Source: Saprolegnia diclina VS20 (taxonomy: Eukaryota). From it: a stretch of DNA of 30,842 nucleotides. The notes beneath the pieces are model-generated. The model searched no databases. It was not told the DNA's origin and saw only the letters and a program-made list of their open reading frames with translations. Position numbers and translations under genes: made by a program. Of the stretch, positions 10,808 to 21,407 are shown piece after piece. Numbering within the stretch: position 1 is the first letter of the stretch; each line of letters begins with the position of its first letter. The DNA lies in the NCBI RefSeq assembly GCF_000281045.1, contig NW_008246068.1:108564-139405 (forward strand), in the 5' to 3' direction.

Positions 10808-11665
10808 TTACGTGGCCGTGGCATAGCGCTCGGTCGGTGTGGAGTCGGGTCGGGTCACTTTAAGCGGCGGCTCCTTGCGGCGGTTGTTGCCCTTCCACAA
10901 AAAGCCCATCTGATTGAGCTGTGTGATTTTCTCGGGCGTGAGGGCGTCGACGCCGTTGCGAATGTTGTTGACCCAGACGCCGAGGAGTGCGCCGCGGGTC
11001 TCGCGCGGCCAGTCGTCGGGCGCGACAAAGACCTGGGGCACATTGACGTTGCCAAACCGACGCGCGTACTCTTGCAGCGCGAGCAAGTTGGTTTCCCACA
11101 TGGCGTGGAACATATCCCAGACGAAGCCGAGCGCGTCGAGCTTGGCGCGCGTCTCGTCCGAGCACTTGATGCGGCCCGTGCGGATGTTGCTCACGTGAAA
11201 CCCGAGATGGAGGCCCCACGTGTCCTTGGGCCACGCCGGGTTAAGGTCGGGCACGACAAATAAGTGCGGCACGCGCAGATCCCCATGCAGCGTGCGGTAC
11301 GCCTCGAGTGCGAGAAGGCGCACCGTCCACTTGTGCGACCGCGTGCACCATACAAACTGCAGTGCGTCAAAGGCCTCGACGTACGCGGCCGGCAAGAGTT
11401 TGCGCCGGTGCAGCTGCCGGAGGTAGTTGCCGTTCAGCGACTGGCCGCGCAAATGCATTGGCCACGGCGCTTCGTGCGGCACATTGACGGTAGTCGAGAG
11501 GTACGTGAAGTCCGAGCGGTGGGCCTGAAGCGACCGCGTCACCTGCGTGACCGTCAGCATGTTCTTCAAGAACATCTCGTTTGTCGAGCTGCTCTGGCTC
11601 GTCGCGAGCTTGCGGGCGACGCCCTTGGCGGACGCCGTCGGCGCCAACCGCCAGAGGAGGCTCAT
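10808..11665 (-). CDS. Helicase-associated (HA) repeat protein with three repeats and no helicase domain
   Basis: Three repeats of the pattern ALxxYxxxxGxxxVPxxFVxP...WP...GxxLG..V.NIR...LDALGFVW (the first is degenerate). The N-terminus is basic and Ser/Ala-rich. Confidence 0.88.
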   Translation of the reverse strand: MSLLWRLAPTASAKGVARKLATSQSSSTNEMFLKNMLTVTQVTRSLQAHRSDFTYLSTTVNVPHEAPWPMHLRGQSLNGNYLRQLHRRKLLPAAYVEAFDALQFVWCTRSHKWTVRLLALEAYRTLHGDLRVPHLFVVPDLNPAWPKDTWGLHLGFHVSNIRTGRIKCSDETRAKLDALGFVWDMFHAMWETNLLALQEYARRFGNVNVPQVFVAPDDWPRETRGALLGVWVNNIRNGVDALTPEKITQLNQMGFLWKGNNRRKEPPLKVTRPDSTPTERYATAT

Positions 11666-12029
11666 GCTGAAGAAAGTGCAACTTCGGTTGGCTTCGAAAA
11701 CGTGGTCTTGATTGGCCCGAACTCCATGTGCGAAACGCCAACGATTGGCTGAAATGCGCAGGACATTTGTTCAGTTAGTCGACAATAGTCGTTTAGTCGG
11801 CGCGCTTCAGTCGACATGTCGCAGGCTTATTTCAGTCATTTAGTCGTTTAGTCGTTTAGTGTGGCGCATGCAAGATCGCGCTCCTTGCAGTTGGGGCGGC
11901 CTCTTTTTTAATGCAATTCCATACAAACAATAAGCTATAATAAAAAAAAGCATGCAATAAGGGCGACGCCTTGCATACCAGGTGGTGTGCAAACAACAAC
12001 TGACGAGCGTCGAGTAGCCGGCAACGACG

Positions 12030-13840
12030 ATGATGATGTGGCGAGCTCTGCGCACGCCAGGCGCCCGCGCGATGAGCTCGGCGGCGCCATGGGACCTCTG
12101 GCGACAGGCCATTGCGACGTCGGGCGAGTCGGCCTTCCTGCGCTCGTTCGCGCTGCCCCGCGACCGCGGCGCGCTTGCGCAGCTCATGCGCCAGGTGGCC
12201 ACGAACCAGGAGCGCCATGGCGGTACGTCGCCGCCGCTGCGCTCGCTAGCTCCTGCCTTCCATAGACTTTGTGCCCCGCGTCGTCGTCCAGAGCATCTGC
12301 AAAGCGTACAAGTCGCTCGACTTTGACGGAAAGCGCGACTTTCAGCTGGCGCTGGCACGGGACCTGCACCTCGACACGGCCGCGGTAGCCGCCCTCTTGA
12401 CCTATCTACCGAGTCGCTAAGGGCAATGGATTAGCTCCAGCAGCAGCTGCAAGCGACCATGACCAACTTGAAGACGGTCTCCACCGACGACGGCGCGGTC
12501 GACTGGACGCACGAACAGCTCGAAAAGTACCTGCGCTCGACGCGCGTCCTGCGCGAGACGCTCACGCCACTCCACGAGGTGCGTCGGTTCGAATGTAATT
12601 TGTATCAACTTGACACGTAGCTGCTTTTTCACCAAATTTTGAGCCAGCTACCGAATGGCATGCTCTTTCTTGTGCAGCTCCGCGCCGACGTGCGCACGAC
12701 GCTCGCCAAGACGCACACGACGTCGGCGAAAAACGACCTTGTCGCCCTCCGCGCGCTCGACAGCCAGCTGCAAGCGTTCCTCGCTGAGTGGTTTGCGGTC
12801 GGGTTTCTCTCGCTCGAGCGCGTGACGTACGAGCACTCGCCCGGCGCGCTCCTCGAAAAAATCATTCGCTACGAAGCGGTTCACCCCGTCGGCACGATCA
12901 TCGAGCTCAAGCGCCGCCTCGGGCGCGGCCGGCGTTGCTACGCCTTTTTCCACCCGAGGTACTCGTTTATTTTTTCGACCAACTAATGGTTGTCGCAACT
13001 AGTGTGCCGGACGAACCCTTGGTGTTTGTGCATGTGGCGCTCGTGCCCGAGATGGCGACGGGCATGGGCTACATTAAGGACGCGACCGAAGGCCTCGAGC
13101 ACGAGCATGACGCGCACGCCGCCATCTTTTACTCGATCTCGTCGACGCAGCCCGGTCTCCAGGTCGATACGTTGATATTTTTGTTAGCTGAAAAAGGGAC
13201 TAAATTATAGATTTAGGGCGTCGACTTGGGCAACTACCTCATCAAGCAGGTCGCCAAGCGCTTGCAAGAAGAACTCCCGAACGTCTCGCTCTACTCGACG
13301 CTGAGTCCGATCCCGGGTTTTGTCAAGTGGCTTGAAATTACGGTATTTGTTGGTGCGTACTGATGGTAGAAACTCAGTACTGACGTAGGGTGCGAGCGCG
13401 GTTCTCCCGGCAGAGGCGAGTGCGTTGGCTGCCCACGGCTTTGCGTCGGTCTTGGCTGCTCTTTCGGTGCCGCAGTGGCACGAAGACGCGGCGCTCACGA
13501 CGCTCCTTCGCCCAATTTTGCTGCGTCTTGGCGTCCACTACCTCTACCTCGAGAAGAAACGCGGGAAGGCGCTTTGCCCCGTCGCCAACTTTCACTTGCG
13601 GAACGGTGCCATCTTGGAGCGGCTCAACTGGCTCGGCGATCCATCGCCCAAGGTAGTATTTATTGCTTGATTCTTTTTAATTTGATTTAAATCGATATGC
13701 GGCGCTAGGGACTGGCGCAGAGCGCGGGCCTCATGGTCAACTACAAATACGATCTGGACCACGTTGAAGCCAACAACGAAGCGTACTTGTTGCACAACAC
13801 GATCGCCATCGGGGCCGCGGCGCGCGCGTGCTTGGCGTAG
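12030..13840 (+). CDS. MLYCD: Malonyl-CoA decarboxylase, 8 exons
   Basis: Motifs [74 protein letters not shown] and [10 protein letters not shown]. Introns at 12223-12265, 12385-12434, 12579-12620, 12959-13002, 13163-13216, 13343-13388 and 13653-13708. Confidence 0.96.
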
Positions 13841-13911
13841 CAACCCTACCCCTCGCGCTTCCCCTAGCCCTAGCTTCATTTGCCGACATAAAAACATACT
13901 TTTGTTGCGTG

Positions 13912-15654
13912 TTAGGCGTGGGGTTGACATTGAATCAAGCTGACGTCGGAGCGGGCAAAGGAAACACCGAGGTGCGTCGGTTGAAGGGACGCATAAAAGG
14001 CTGCAACCCCCGCACACAGCGGCGTCGTCGTTGCCAGAATAAGCCGAAGCGACGGCGAGAACCGTGCAGGCACCGCCGACAGTTGCGTACCTCGTACATC
14101 GACCGTGTGCACGCGTGGGAGCTGCCACACCGATGGCGGCAAGGTCGTCAAGGGGTTTCGCGATACGTTGAGGAGCTGCAAGGCGGCGAAGTCGTCTTCT
14201 CGCACCGCCTCGATGGTCGACGCGCTCGTGTTGACAAAGTGCAAGCCAACGAGCTGCGGAAAGCGTATGTATGTCGGCGGAAACGGCAGCTGCGTGTCGG
14301 CCACGTCGAGCGTCACAAGGAGGCTGCGGACGGCATCGCGCGGCCATTGCATCACGGTGCTGCTCTCGACGCGGACGTGCAGCATGCGCAGTAGCGCGAC
14401 CGGAAACGTCGCGTCGTGCGGCGTCACGTTCCGAAGCGAGATGAACGTGGTCGTTGGCGTCAAGGACGCCCACGTGGTGTCGGTTGTAGTGCAGTTGATC
14501 AACGCCACAGCGAGTACCTCGAGTGCTGGAAGGATCGTGTGGTCGCAGTCGAGAATGCGGAGCGCTACGAGGCGTGGCAGCAGTGGCACGGCTTCGCAAT
14601 TGCGACTGGTGTAGACAAGGCAGCACGGCGCAAGCGTGAAAAGCTGACCACGTGCCATGTCACAACCAGGCGCCGATCGTCGCATCACGACACAGTAGCT
14701 GTCCCACGCCACAGCTACAAGCGCGAGAAGCCACTGACTGTGCATCGTCCAGCGACCCCACCGCGACCATGTAGTCTTGGCCGTGTGGAGAGCTGGCATC
14801 GTGGCGGCGGTGACAGAAGGGCGTCGGACAGTCCACTGCCGCACCTTGAGCGGCGAGGACACGGCTTTGGACGGTTGCACGAGATGCGGCGAGGACACGG
14901 CTTTGGACGGTTGCACGAGATGCGGCAAGAGCCAAAGCACCCACGTGGTGAGGATGGACTGCACAGCAAAGATGCCTGCATGGAGAGACTGGTCATAGGC
15001 GGCGGTGAGCGACGGACCCCAGACGGTCAGTGGTGTCGACGGCGTCCATAAGCCAAGAACGAGCAGCGTCCATGTTTGCAACGACCACAGCCATGCAGCA
15101 CGACCGACAGTTTTCAACTGCACGGTGCAAGCCGACACCACGCACCAAAGCCCAAGGACGCCGTAGCTGGCAGTGCGGCTACTGCTAAAGTAGCTCGCAT
15201 CGTGGAGCTGAACCAACCAGAGAGCAAGTGCGACAGAGCCCATGAGAGCGATGGCAGACGGCTGTGCGGACCACGTCGCTAGCGACGCCTCGCACGCGAG
15301 CCATGAACGAGCAAAGCGGAAGCGTTTGGCAATGAGCGACGCCACGACGAGGGCGCTAAGGTCCAATGTCGCTAGGCACATCGCGCTGCCAAGCAGAAGC
15401 ACGGCCCAGCTGCTGTTGTCCTGAGCGTTTGACGCCAAGACCGCTTGAACGCGAAGCAAGAGCACGCAGAGAACGAGGCTTTGCGAGACGAGATGGCCCC
15501 ACCAAAGCAGCTGGTAGCTCGTGTGCGAGAGGACGTGGCAGCTCGGTGGCGCAGCTTGTGGCTCACCAAATACGCGCAGCTTGGGTGGAGACGGTAAGCC
15601 AAGGTCGGCTACATCGTCGGTCGACGCGAGATAGGCCTCGACGCGCACCACCAT
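13912..15654 (-). CDS. Multi-pass membrane protein with a C-terminal LRR-like region (oomycete family, function unknown)
   Basis: Long ORF with about 6-7 hydrophobic segments, then a Cys-containing segment and LRR-like text (LQLLNVSRNPLTTLP, VHTVDVRGTQLSAVP, TPLC cap). The start could be ATG 15654 or 15693. Confidence 0.72.
   Translation of the reverse strand: MVVRVEAYLASTDDVADLGLPSPPKLRVFGEPQAAPPSCHVLSHTSYQLLWWGHLVSQSLVLCVLLLRVQAVLASNAQDNSSWAVLLLGSAMCLATLDLSALVVASLIAKRFRFARSWLACEASLATWSAQPSAIALMGSVALALWLVQLHDASYFSSSRTASYGVLGLWCVVSACTVQLKTVGRAAWLWSLQTWTLLVLGLWTPSTPLTVWGPSLTAAYDQSLHAGIFAVQSILTTWVLWLLPHLVQPSKAVSSPHLVQPSKAVSSPLKVRQWTVRRPSVTAATMPALHTAKTTWSRWGRWTMHSQWLLALVAVAWDSYCVVMRRSAPGCDMARGQLFTLAPCCLVYTSRNCEAVPLLPRLVALRILDCDHTILPALEVLAVALINCTTTDTTWASLTPTTTFISLRNVTPHDATFPVALLRMLHVRVESSTVMQWPRDAVRSLLVTLDVADTQLPFPPTYIRFPQLVGLHFVNTSASTIEAVREDDFAALQLLNVSRNPLTTLPPSVWQLPRVHTVDVRGTQLSAVPARFSPSLRLILATTTPLCAGVAAFYASLQPTHLGVSFARSDVSLIQCQPHA
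14850..14926. repeat. Perfect 36-nt tandem duplication inside the CDS
   Basis: cggcgaggacacggctttggacggttgcacgagatg occurs at 14851 and 14887, encoding PHLVQPSKAVSS twice. Confidence 0.95.
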
Positions 15655-16050
15655 CTTCGAAATCTTACAGTTTGGGTGTTTCGCCCGTTGCATCTCGGTC
15701 CGTCCCCATCATTTTATTTGCGTGGCACCTTGAGAAGCTCGCTCGGGCGATCTTATGTCTCGTCCTTCATGTAGTGTTTTGTGAATGAAAAAAAGTGGTA
15801 GGAGGAGGGTTTTTGATGTGATAAAAGGAGGGAGAATTTGAATGAGAAGAATGTGTTTGAAAATGAAGTTTGTGATTTGAAAAAGTAGTTGGCTTGCGAG
15901 AAGGCGACGTTGGATTTCAGTCGTGTTTAATTATGGCTGATTGCGGCATTTACGATTTAAATATGGTATATATGGCATCAACCACCTGTCAAAATATGGT
16001 TGCAAGCGGCATATGCCATTTTGAATCGCGTCAGCCAATCACATTCGAGA

Positions 16051-16590
16051 ATGGCCTCCGTGGCGCTCTTGGTCGGGCCGTCGACGCCGACGACGTGCCG
16101 CGTCTCGTCCGTGCTGAACAAGGACCGTACGCTGTACGGCGCCCAGGTATTGTGTGTGGACATAGTGTCTATTACACTGTAGACACAATGCGTAGAACAT
16201 GTTTGACGGCGTCGACGATACCTGCTGGAACTCGGGGCAAGGCCACGGCCAGCAAGTGTGCCTTCTCTTCCACCGGTACCCAGAAGCAATGCCTCGACGG
16301 GCCCCTTCTCATAGATAACATTCGCTAGCGCCGTGCATGTGAAGCGCGTGGAGCTCATGTTTCAAGGCGGCTTTGTGGGCGAAGATGCTAAAGTGCTCAT
16401 AGCAACGCAGGCGACGCCCGAGCTGCACGTCGCAACCGAGTGTCATTTCAACGACAGCAACGAGCTGCAGACATTGGAGCTGAACTGCACAGACGTGACG
16501 CAGCTGCGACTGCAGTTTGATCGGAGCTCAGACTTTTATGGCCGTGTCCTTCTCTACCATTGCCGCGTCTTGGGCCACGAAACTCTGTAA
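16051..16590 (+). CDS. NR2C2AP: Nuclear receptor 2C2-associated protein (TRA16) homologue, 3 exons
   Basis: Introns at 16147-16195 and 16276-16328 give RVSSVLNKDRTLYGAQNMFDGVDDTCWNSGQG...ELMFQGGFVG...DSNELQT...FDRSSDFYGRVLLY. A CCAAT box lies just upstream at about 16035. Confidence 0.92.
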
Positions 16591-16683
16591 TATGATGCTA
16601 TATATGCTGTATTCATCAAACACTGTACGCTTGCAAGCCGCGACAAGGGATCCAAAACCGCAGCCTGTCTATTTTGGTGATCA

Positions 16684-18010
16684 ATGACCGAGCTGGCGAC
16701 GCCCGACACGAGCGCGATCGTCGTGTTCAACGAGCTGAGCGCCAGCTGCCTCCCCAAGAAGGACCCACCCCCGCGCAAGCACCGGCGCCTTCTATTTATG
16801 GTTGCCGGTATGGCGTTTGTCCTTGTCTGCGTTGTCGTTGCAGCAGTGCTGACGCAACAAGCGTCGGCGGCTGCGTCCAACCCAGGAAATCTACCGTCGA
16901 CGACGAGCAATGTACCGAGCTGCGCAATACGTGGGTGGACTACTGAAGCTTCTATAGAGCGAGGCGACGCCAGACGTCACCAGGACAGCACTGACGTCAC
17001 CACCTGCCACCTCCGTTTCGGCGACAACGCCACCCGCGTTGACAGAGACCAATGGTACACCTCCCAATGCTTCTCAAGCGCCAGATCTGACGCCGCCCCC
17101 GCCAGCGTCGACCATGTCCCCCTCAAGCAGTACAGTAAATGTCATTATGCCTCGTGACGTGAAGATGCGTAGTCATGCCTCTTCGGGCGTACCACGACTC
17201 TGGCTTTGCGTGGCGGGATCCCAACAACTGGAGCGGTGACGCGGGCGCGTCGATCGACTTTGCCCTAAGCGCATTTGACGGCACGAAAATCTCCGTCTCG
17301 ACCTTTGGCAAACCGTATGCGGCGTCGCCCGTGCTTCGCACGATCCGCGGCTGGTCGGGCGAAAAGGTCTTGTACATTGAGTGGACGACGTACGCGCAGT
17401 CCAACACCAACATTTGGCTCTTGCCAACATTGCTCACGCACCAATTTGGGGATCCGCGCTGGCCACATTGTGGCGAATATGACATTTTTGAAATGTTCAA
17501 TGGCGGCAAACCTGCGGGCACGAAAAACTACTTCAACTATGGCTATTTTGGCCAATCGACGACGCACATTGCGTCCCTTGAGTGCTTTGCCCCCGAGTAC
17601 ATTGCGTCCCCGATGGTATCGATATTCCATAGACATTCAAATGCGACGTTTGTGGTTAGGTGTCGTCGAGCGCCGCCCAGTACGAGATCGAATTGGGCGT
17701 CTCGACGACCATGGCCGTCATCTTTGGCTCCGACGACCGCGGACAATACCTCCAGCAGATCCAGAACCCGGTGTTGCTGCCTGGACCCAACGCAACCTTC
17801 GACATCTCGCTCAGCGACGGTGTCATTGGCGCGCGCATCTACAACGATGCCAACCACTACTGGGGGGTCCCCCCCGTCGGGGGCTGTGCCGCGGGCTTTG
17901 ATCCCGCGACCGGGTACCCTTTCTTTGGCGAGTTTCGACTCGTGCTCCAAGAACAGTATTTGGGCTACTTTGACGTCACGAACTTTCTCGTACTGCAAAA
18001 GCGCACGTAG
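16684..18010 (+). CDS. Type II membrane protein with a Pro/Thr/Ser stalk and a GH16-like domain, 4 exons
   Basis: A basic stretch precedes one TM helix, followed by a PTS-rich linker and IWLLP...WPHCGEYDIFEMFNG, which resembles the GH16 WPxxGEIDIxE motif. Inferred introns at 16912-16957, 17130-17172 and 17616-17659. Confidence 0.7.
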
Positions 18011-18185
18011 CTCTTTGTCCCGTAATATGTTATTTCTTTTCGTAAATTGCTCGTTATTTCCTCACCGGCAGAAAGCAGGAGAACTGCAAATCAACGCCGC
18101 CACATAGAAAGGACAAACGACCGTCGTATGCGCCGATGAACGTACGACGGGCACGAATTAACCCCTATTTTTAGGCCATTTTCCA

Positions 18186-20561
18186 ATGATTGCGTCGACA
18201 CGGACGGCGCCCACGACGGACATGCGACCTTCCGGAGGCAGCAAACCCCGCCCCAAGACAGCGCACTGTGCGCTCAAGGCGGTGCTGCCAACGTACACCC
18301 GACCAGCGCCCCCCTCGCTACCAACGCCGCTGTGTAAAGGCCAACGCCACACGCCGCAACTCCCAGTCTGCGCGCCGTCGCCCAAGAGCGAGTTCCGTAA
18401 ACCGATCATAGTCGTCAGTAAGCATGCAATCGAGATGTCGATTCCGCGCCCCAAGAACGGCGAAGACCCCCAGACGCCGGACCGATCCCGGATCCAGCGG
18501 CTCGCCAAGCACACACCCGGCCAAACGATCTTCCACGCGGACATTGACTTTGACGGCCTCCGTCCGCTGATCGACATTGCGTATTGGTCGAGCTTTCCTG
18601 ACGTTCGGCGCGACGCGGCGGCTGCTTTCTGCACGCTGAGCAAAAATGGTGAATTTTCTACGTATTTTTCCAATGATTTTCATGATTTTTGCGTTGGTGT
18701 AGCGGCCAACCTGGAAGTGATGGCCCAAGCCGGTGCGCTCGGCGCTGCGCTTTCACTCATTGCCAACACAAAAGCTACGATGGACCTCGCCATCTTGCGC
18801 GATGCCACCGACACGCTCGCCGAGCTCGTACAATTAATCACATATTCTTCTCGGTGAATCATCCAACCGTCTCTGTATGTAGGTGCAGCTACCGAGCATG
18901 CAGCACAAGCTGCTCTCAGCTCCCACAGGAATCTCGACAGTGTTTTCAATTCTCCGCATCGCCGACGTACGCGTCAAGCGTGCGGCGCTCAAGCTTGTTG
19001 CCCATCTGTTGGAAGTACCCGACGCATCGGCCCAGCTCGTGGCCCACGGCGGCTTTCTCACGCTGCTGCATTTTGTGCAAGCGCTCACGTGTCGCAGAGA
19101 TCGGCAGCTCAAGCGCACGGCGGCAAGTCTGCTCTTGCGGCTCGCAACGCCAGAAGACAACAAGGCCAAAATCGCCGAAGACGACGCAATCCCACAGCTC
19201 TGCGCGCTCTTCCAGGACCCGTACCTCGAGGTCGATGCGGGCTTTCGAAAAGCGCTCCTGGACTGCATTTTGGCACTTAGCACCGAGCGACACGCGGCCC
19301 GACGGCTCTTGGAATGCCGCATCGTGCCGGCGCTGCTCTTTATCCTCACAACGGCGAGGAACCTCGAGCTCTCGCTGGTGGTGCTCTCAGTCCTCGAACA
19401 GTTCAGCGCCGACCCCCGCTTGGCGCTGCCCCTTCTGCAGCACGACGTGATCCCGACACTCGTGACGGTCGGGTTTGCAACCGACGAGTCGAACGCACTG
19501 TATCGGCCGGGCATGAGCAAGGCGCTAAGTATTCTTCTTCAGCTGTTAAAGCGGGAGGAAGCTCACGCCGTCGCGACGGATGTCGGGATCGTCGACCGCA
19601 TCTCACAGTACAAGCTTTTCCTAGCCCCCGAGCGAAGCGTGCGCGACCACAGCATTGGCATTCTTGTGCTACTTGCCAAGCGGATGCCCTTGCCCAAGCG
19701 GCCGTATAACCCGCAGGATCGTGAGGGCAGTCAGGCGTGTCATCTGGAGCTGATTGCCAGGGGGTATCTCCACTGCGCCTTTGCGATCCTCAGTCGCCCA
19801 ACGCCGGGGCCCAAGGATGCGTGGCGGGAGGGCGACGACGAAATGATCCATGCCAAGGTGCTCTTACTGCAAGCGCTGTCGCACCTCTCGGAGAGCGACA
19901 ATGTGCGGCTTTTGCTCTGTAAACCGCCAGTTTTGGAAGCGATCCTCGCCATCGCGCGCCACAAGCTCGTGCTCGCAAGCTGCGCAAAGCTGCTGGCGGA
20001 CCTCGCGACCAAACCCGACAACGTACCCAAGCTACTGGAGCCCCGACTGCAGCTCTTTCTACTGAAGTGTATTGCCCCGTCGTGCCGTGACGACGACGTT
20101 CGGTACACGGATCGAAACTCGAGAAAGGCTTCATTCTTATCTTTCAATTTTGGTCGATTAGCTATGAAGGCGCGCGGGCTTTTGCGGCGCTCTCGCTATT
20201 GGAGCAAGCCAAGGAGCACTTGGTCGCAACGGGTGTTGTGAGCTTTCTCCAGCGACTCGCCAAGCACGTGCGCTGTGAGATTCCACTGCTGCGAAGCACG
20301 GCGCTGCTCGCCCAAGCAACCGTTGAGCGCCTCAAGCACGACGCGGCGGCGCTGCGTATTCAGAGCGTCATGCGCAACTGGCGCGCCAAGCACGCCGCCG
20401 CCGGTGTCAAAGAGGCGGCAGCGACCGCGTTGCAGTCGCCACGGCGCCGGCGCTTCCAGCAACTGGCGCTGCGGGCGACGCGCCTTGTGGCGGCCGAGCA
20501 CGAAACGCAGGCGAGCATCCAGCATCGTTTTCTGGCCAAGTCGACGTCGTCGTACCGTTGA
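18186..20561 (+). CDS. Armadillo-repeat protein with a C-terminal IQ-like motif, 4 exons
   Basis: ARM-like text (DVRRDAAAAFCTLSKNAANLEVMAQAGAL; LLRLATPEDNKAKIAEDDAIPQL) and IQ-like AALRIQSVMRNWRAK. Introns at 18649-18702, 18828-18882 and 20103-20161. Confidence 0.82.
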
Positions 20562-21380
20562 ACCAGTTGTCGACTCAAGAATGCAGGGCCACGTACGGAT
20601 TCGGCCTGTTCCAAAGCGCTGTGGCGCGCGATCAAGGCTGAGGCAGCGGTATCTGTCGGGATAGATGGATAAATAGATAGCAAATACTAGTACTGCGTAT
20701 GCGTTGATCACCAGGAAAGGACATGCCTGGCTCCCCACACCTCATGGGCACTGTGACGTGAGTCCTACCGAACACGGACCGGACCCGCGGTTGAATTTGC
20801 CTGCGATGAGTGCATCCAGGATACACCTCGGTGCCATGGCTGACAGATCGCGGGCATCTTGGCTGGGCAACTTGGTCGCTTGCTCAGATGGGTGCGAATA
20901 GCCAGAGACGTGGCGGCCAACCATTGCGCACCCACTCGCATCGGACCTGACGAAAGCAGCGCGCCAGCGCTCGCGATGACAAAGCCTACTTGAGATAGAT
21001 AGATCACTCGTCGCATAGGTGCATCCATCGCGTGCAAACGCGACGACCGATCCCACTCGGTGGACTAAAAACACGCCTCTTTAGCCGTCGCCTGCGCGGC
21101 GCCAACACGCGCGCAAGGTCATCGCACGTGCCCCACCTTTGCTTCAACTCGTATATCTTTTGTCCCACGTACTGTCGCGGAGTGTCTGCGGCCTGTCGTC
21201 GCCTCAGGCTCGACGCCGCCATGTAGTGTCTTTGCAACGAATGGCTTCCGGCGGGCGGGGCATAGCATTACAAGCTCGTGTCCTCGGGCGCTTCGGTGAC
21301 GTGCGACGATGCGGATTTCTGCGTTGGCCCACTCTGCAAAAAAGCGCGTTGGGTGTCAAATAATCGCCAAGGCGATCTTG

Positions 21381-21397
21381 GCTTCATTTTGACAGTT
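21381..21397 (+). promoter_or_regulatory. Candidate oomycete INR/FPR core promoter
   Basis: gcttcattttgacagtt lies just upstream of ATG 21408 and resembles the oomycete YCATTYY + flanking promoter region motif. Confidence 0.4.
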
Positions 21398-21407
21398 GCC
21401 GCCTGCC

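Noticed and set aside
20945..20985. CTGACGA followed by a GC stem, resembling a hammerhead ribozyme core
   Set aside because: There is no GAAA after the stem and I could not build stems I and III.
21004..21237. Minus-strand ORF with VGQKIYELKQRW, vaguely Myb/SANT-like
   Set aside because: A single short motif with no supporting context.
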